Positions 62,146 through 64,000 of a DNA stretch of 64,000 bases are shown here, one piece after another (position 1 is the first letter of the stretch; every line of letters starts with the position of its first letter). The notes beneath the pieces were generated by a model. It did not search any database. It was not told the origin of the DNA and worked only from the letters and a program-made list of their open reading frames with translations. The stretch comes from Glaucostegus cemiculus (lineage: Eukaryota), in assembly GCA_976551045.1 (NCBI GenBank), contig CDPCPM010000062.1:1-64000 (forward strand). The letters are read 5' to 3'. The translations under genes were made by a program, and so were the position numbers.

Positions 62146-62853
62146 ATGAATAAGAGAAGGAGTAGAGAGCACATAAAGCAGAACATGTTATTGGAAGAGG
62201 GAGAAGGTCTCTCAGTGGAAGGCTACATCAGGGAGCAATCCCACCATCTAAACGTCAGCAAGGAACAAAGCGTGAGATGTCTGTGTTTCCCTAAGCACAC
62301 TCTTCCTGAAAATGTCCACCTGCTGAAGGCACATCTGCATCCCCAGAACAGGGCATGACTGTATCACCAGTGGCTTTCCAGGTGAGTGTGGTAAGGAATT
62401 AGTTATGTCTCTGGCTTCTTCCATGAAGGAACTGGAGATGTTTGCAGCATCTCACCGTGTTTCATCAATTGTTGAATAAAACAGGTGACCGATGCTCTAT
62501 TCATTTTATCCTCTCTTGTCAGGGAACAGCAGACAGAGAAGACATACAGCTTTCTGAGGAATGCAATTTCTCTGTGGTGCAGAGTGCTATTGACTACATG
62601 CATGTAGCTTCATAGGCACCCGGTCTAAGCCATCTCGTGTCCTGGAACTGAAAGGAATTTAATTCTGTTAAAATGTAGCTGATGAGTGAAATGAATTGTG
62701 CAAGTCAGCATGAGGTATCTTCCTAAGCTTTGGTGCTATAGTTCTGAAGCAGTCCACTTAGTCAGCTCCCATTGAACCAACAGAGTAAGCAAATGAGTGG
62801 CGAAGGGGCAACCAGAGCTGTCTGCTGACAACCCTTGGATGACTCTGGTGCAC
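62146..62853 (+). mobile_element. PIF/Harbinger transposase relic (HARBI1-like DDE), stop- and frameshift-disrupted
   Basis: Ordered remnants HLNVSKEQSVRCLCF...HLLKAHLHPQ, VSGFFHEGTGDVCSIS, KQVTDALF (62479-62502), VQSAIDYMHVA (62577-62609; cf. GAIDCTHV), N*KEFNSV (cf. NRKGFHSL), EWRRGNQSC..WMTL (cf. WLLGDKGYP..WLMTP). Confidence 0.8.
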
Positions 62854-63342
62854 AAAACTTGCATAAATGGAAAGGATAAATTCAGCAAAAACTACATGGC
62901 CATATGAAATTTGCCGGAGCAGATTTTGACTGTGCTGTGTGTGTCTGTGCCTTCATTGAACCTGGTTTGAATGTTAGTGTTCTAGTTGTAGTTCTAGTGT
63001 TGTAGTAATCAAAGTGCTGGGCCAGTGCTGCTTGTACTGCTGTCAGATCTGCTGCATCAACCATGAGGAGCTGCTCCAAGTTTGAGTAAGACTTTTCCAT
63101 CGCATCCACACTGGAATGTGGGTCCAAACTCTGCACAAAGGCCAGTGCCACGTTGGTGCCAGACTTCCTGATGCTGTTTGACATTAAACATTGGCTTCCT
63201 GGCAGATTCCAAATGCACAATGCACTTCTTTGTCCATCTCCTTCGGCCTTCTTGTGTATGTTGGACAGAGTGAGGTCTCGGCTCTCAGTCGAACCTCTGC
63301 ATCTGAACTCATGTATAACATCACCCACTGTTCTGCTGATGT

Positions 63343-64000
63343 GGTGAGGGTGAGGTGAGGGTGAGGTGAGGGTGAGGTGCGGCGAGGGTGAGGCGAGGGT
63401 GAGGGTGAGGGTGAGGGTGAGGTGAGGGTGAGGTGAGGCGAGGGTGAGGTGAGGGTGAGGTGAGGGTGAGGTGAGGGTGAGGTGAGGCGAGGGTGAGGTG
63501 AGGGTGAGGTGAGGGTGAGGTGAGGCGAGGGTGAGGTGCGGCGAGGGTGAGGTGCGGCGAGGGTGAGGGTGAGGGTGAGGTGAGGCGAGGGTGAGGTGAG
63601 GGTGAGGTGAGGGTGAGGTGAGGGTGAGGGTGAGTGTGAGGTGCGGCGAGGGTGAGGTGCGGCGAGGGTGAGGTGAGGCGAGGGTGAGGTGAGGGTGTGG
63701 TGAGGGTGAGGTGAGGGTGAGGTGAGGGTGAGGGTGAGGTGAGGGTGAGGGTGAGTATGAGGTGCGGCGAGGGTGAGGTGCGGCGAGGGTGAGGTGCGGC
63801 GAGGGTGAGGCGAGGGTGAGGTGAGGGTGAGGCGAGGGTGAGGTGAGGTGAGGGTGAGGTGAGGGTGAGGTGAGGTGCGGCGAGGGTGAGGGTGAGGTGA
63901 GGGTGAGGTGAGGGTGAGGTGAGGGTGAGGTGCGGCGAGGGTGAGGTGCGGCGAGGGTGAGGTGCGGCGAGGGTGAGGTGAGGGTGAGGGTGAGGCGAGG
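63343..64000. repeat. G-rich tandem array of GGTGA/GGGTGA/GGCGA/GGTGC units, dominant 11-bp unit GAGGGTGAGGT; continues past the window end
   Basis: Seen directly; at least 658 bp. Confidence 0.97.

Noticed and set aside
63343-64000. Telomere, CRISPR array or immunoglobulin switch region
   Set aside because: No TTAGGG units, no unique spacers or cas genes, no AGCT-rich motifs; it lies within a vertebrate intron.

Overview
Eukaryotic (vertebrate) genomic DNA. The repeat complement (CR1 LINEs, V-domain and Deu-domain tRNA SINEs, Penelope-like hairpins) points to a cartilaginous fish, probably a shark or ray; this is an inference. The window lies inside one gene on the + strand, retinoic acid receptor beta (RARB, beta2-type isoform). 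It holds the end of the 5'UTR plus the first coding exon (ATG 234, donor after 391), a 33.6 kb intron, the 149-bp exon encoding the B region and first zinc finger (34025-34173), and about 30 kb of the next intron. All other ORFs in the track are transposon fragments or noise. The points most worth checking are: a +1 frameshift in exon 1 (assembly error or real); a perfect intronic DR5 retinoic acid response element in a transposon-free island; a G-rich tandem array with 11-bp (DR5) periodicity of nuclear-receptor-like half-sites next to a Harbinger relic; a Penelope-type hairpin insertion with a 14-bp TSD and a degenerate hammerhead motif; and an unexplained ~220-bp inverted repeat pair. I found no convincing evidence of a wholly new biological system; the candidate novelties are regulatory hypotheses. 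Repeat family names and boundaries are assigned by eye and are approximate.
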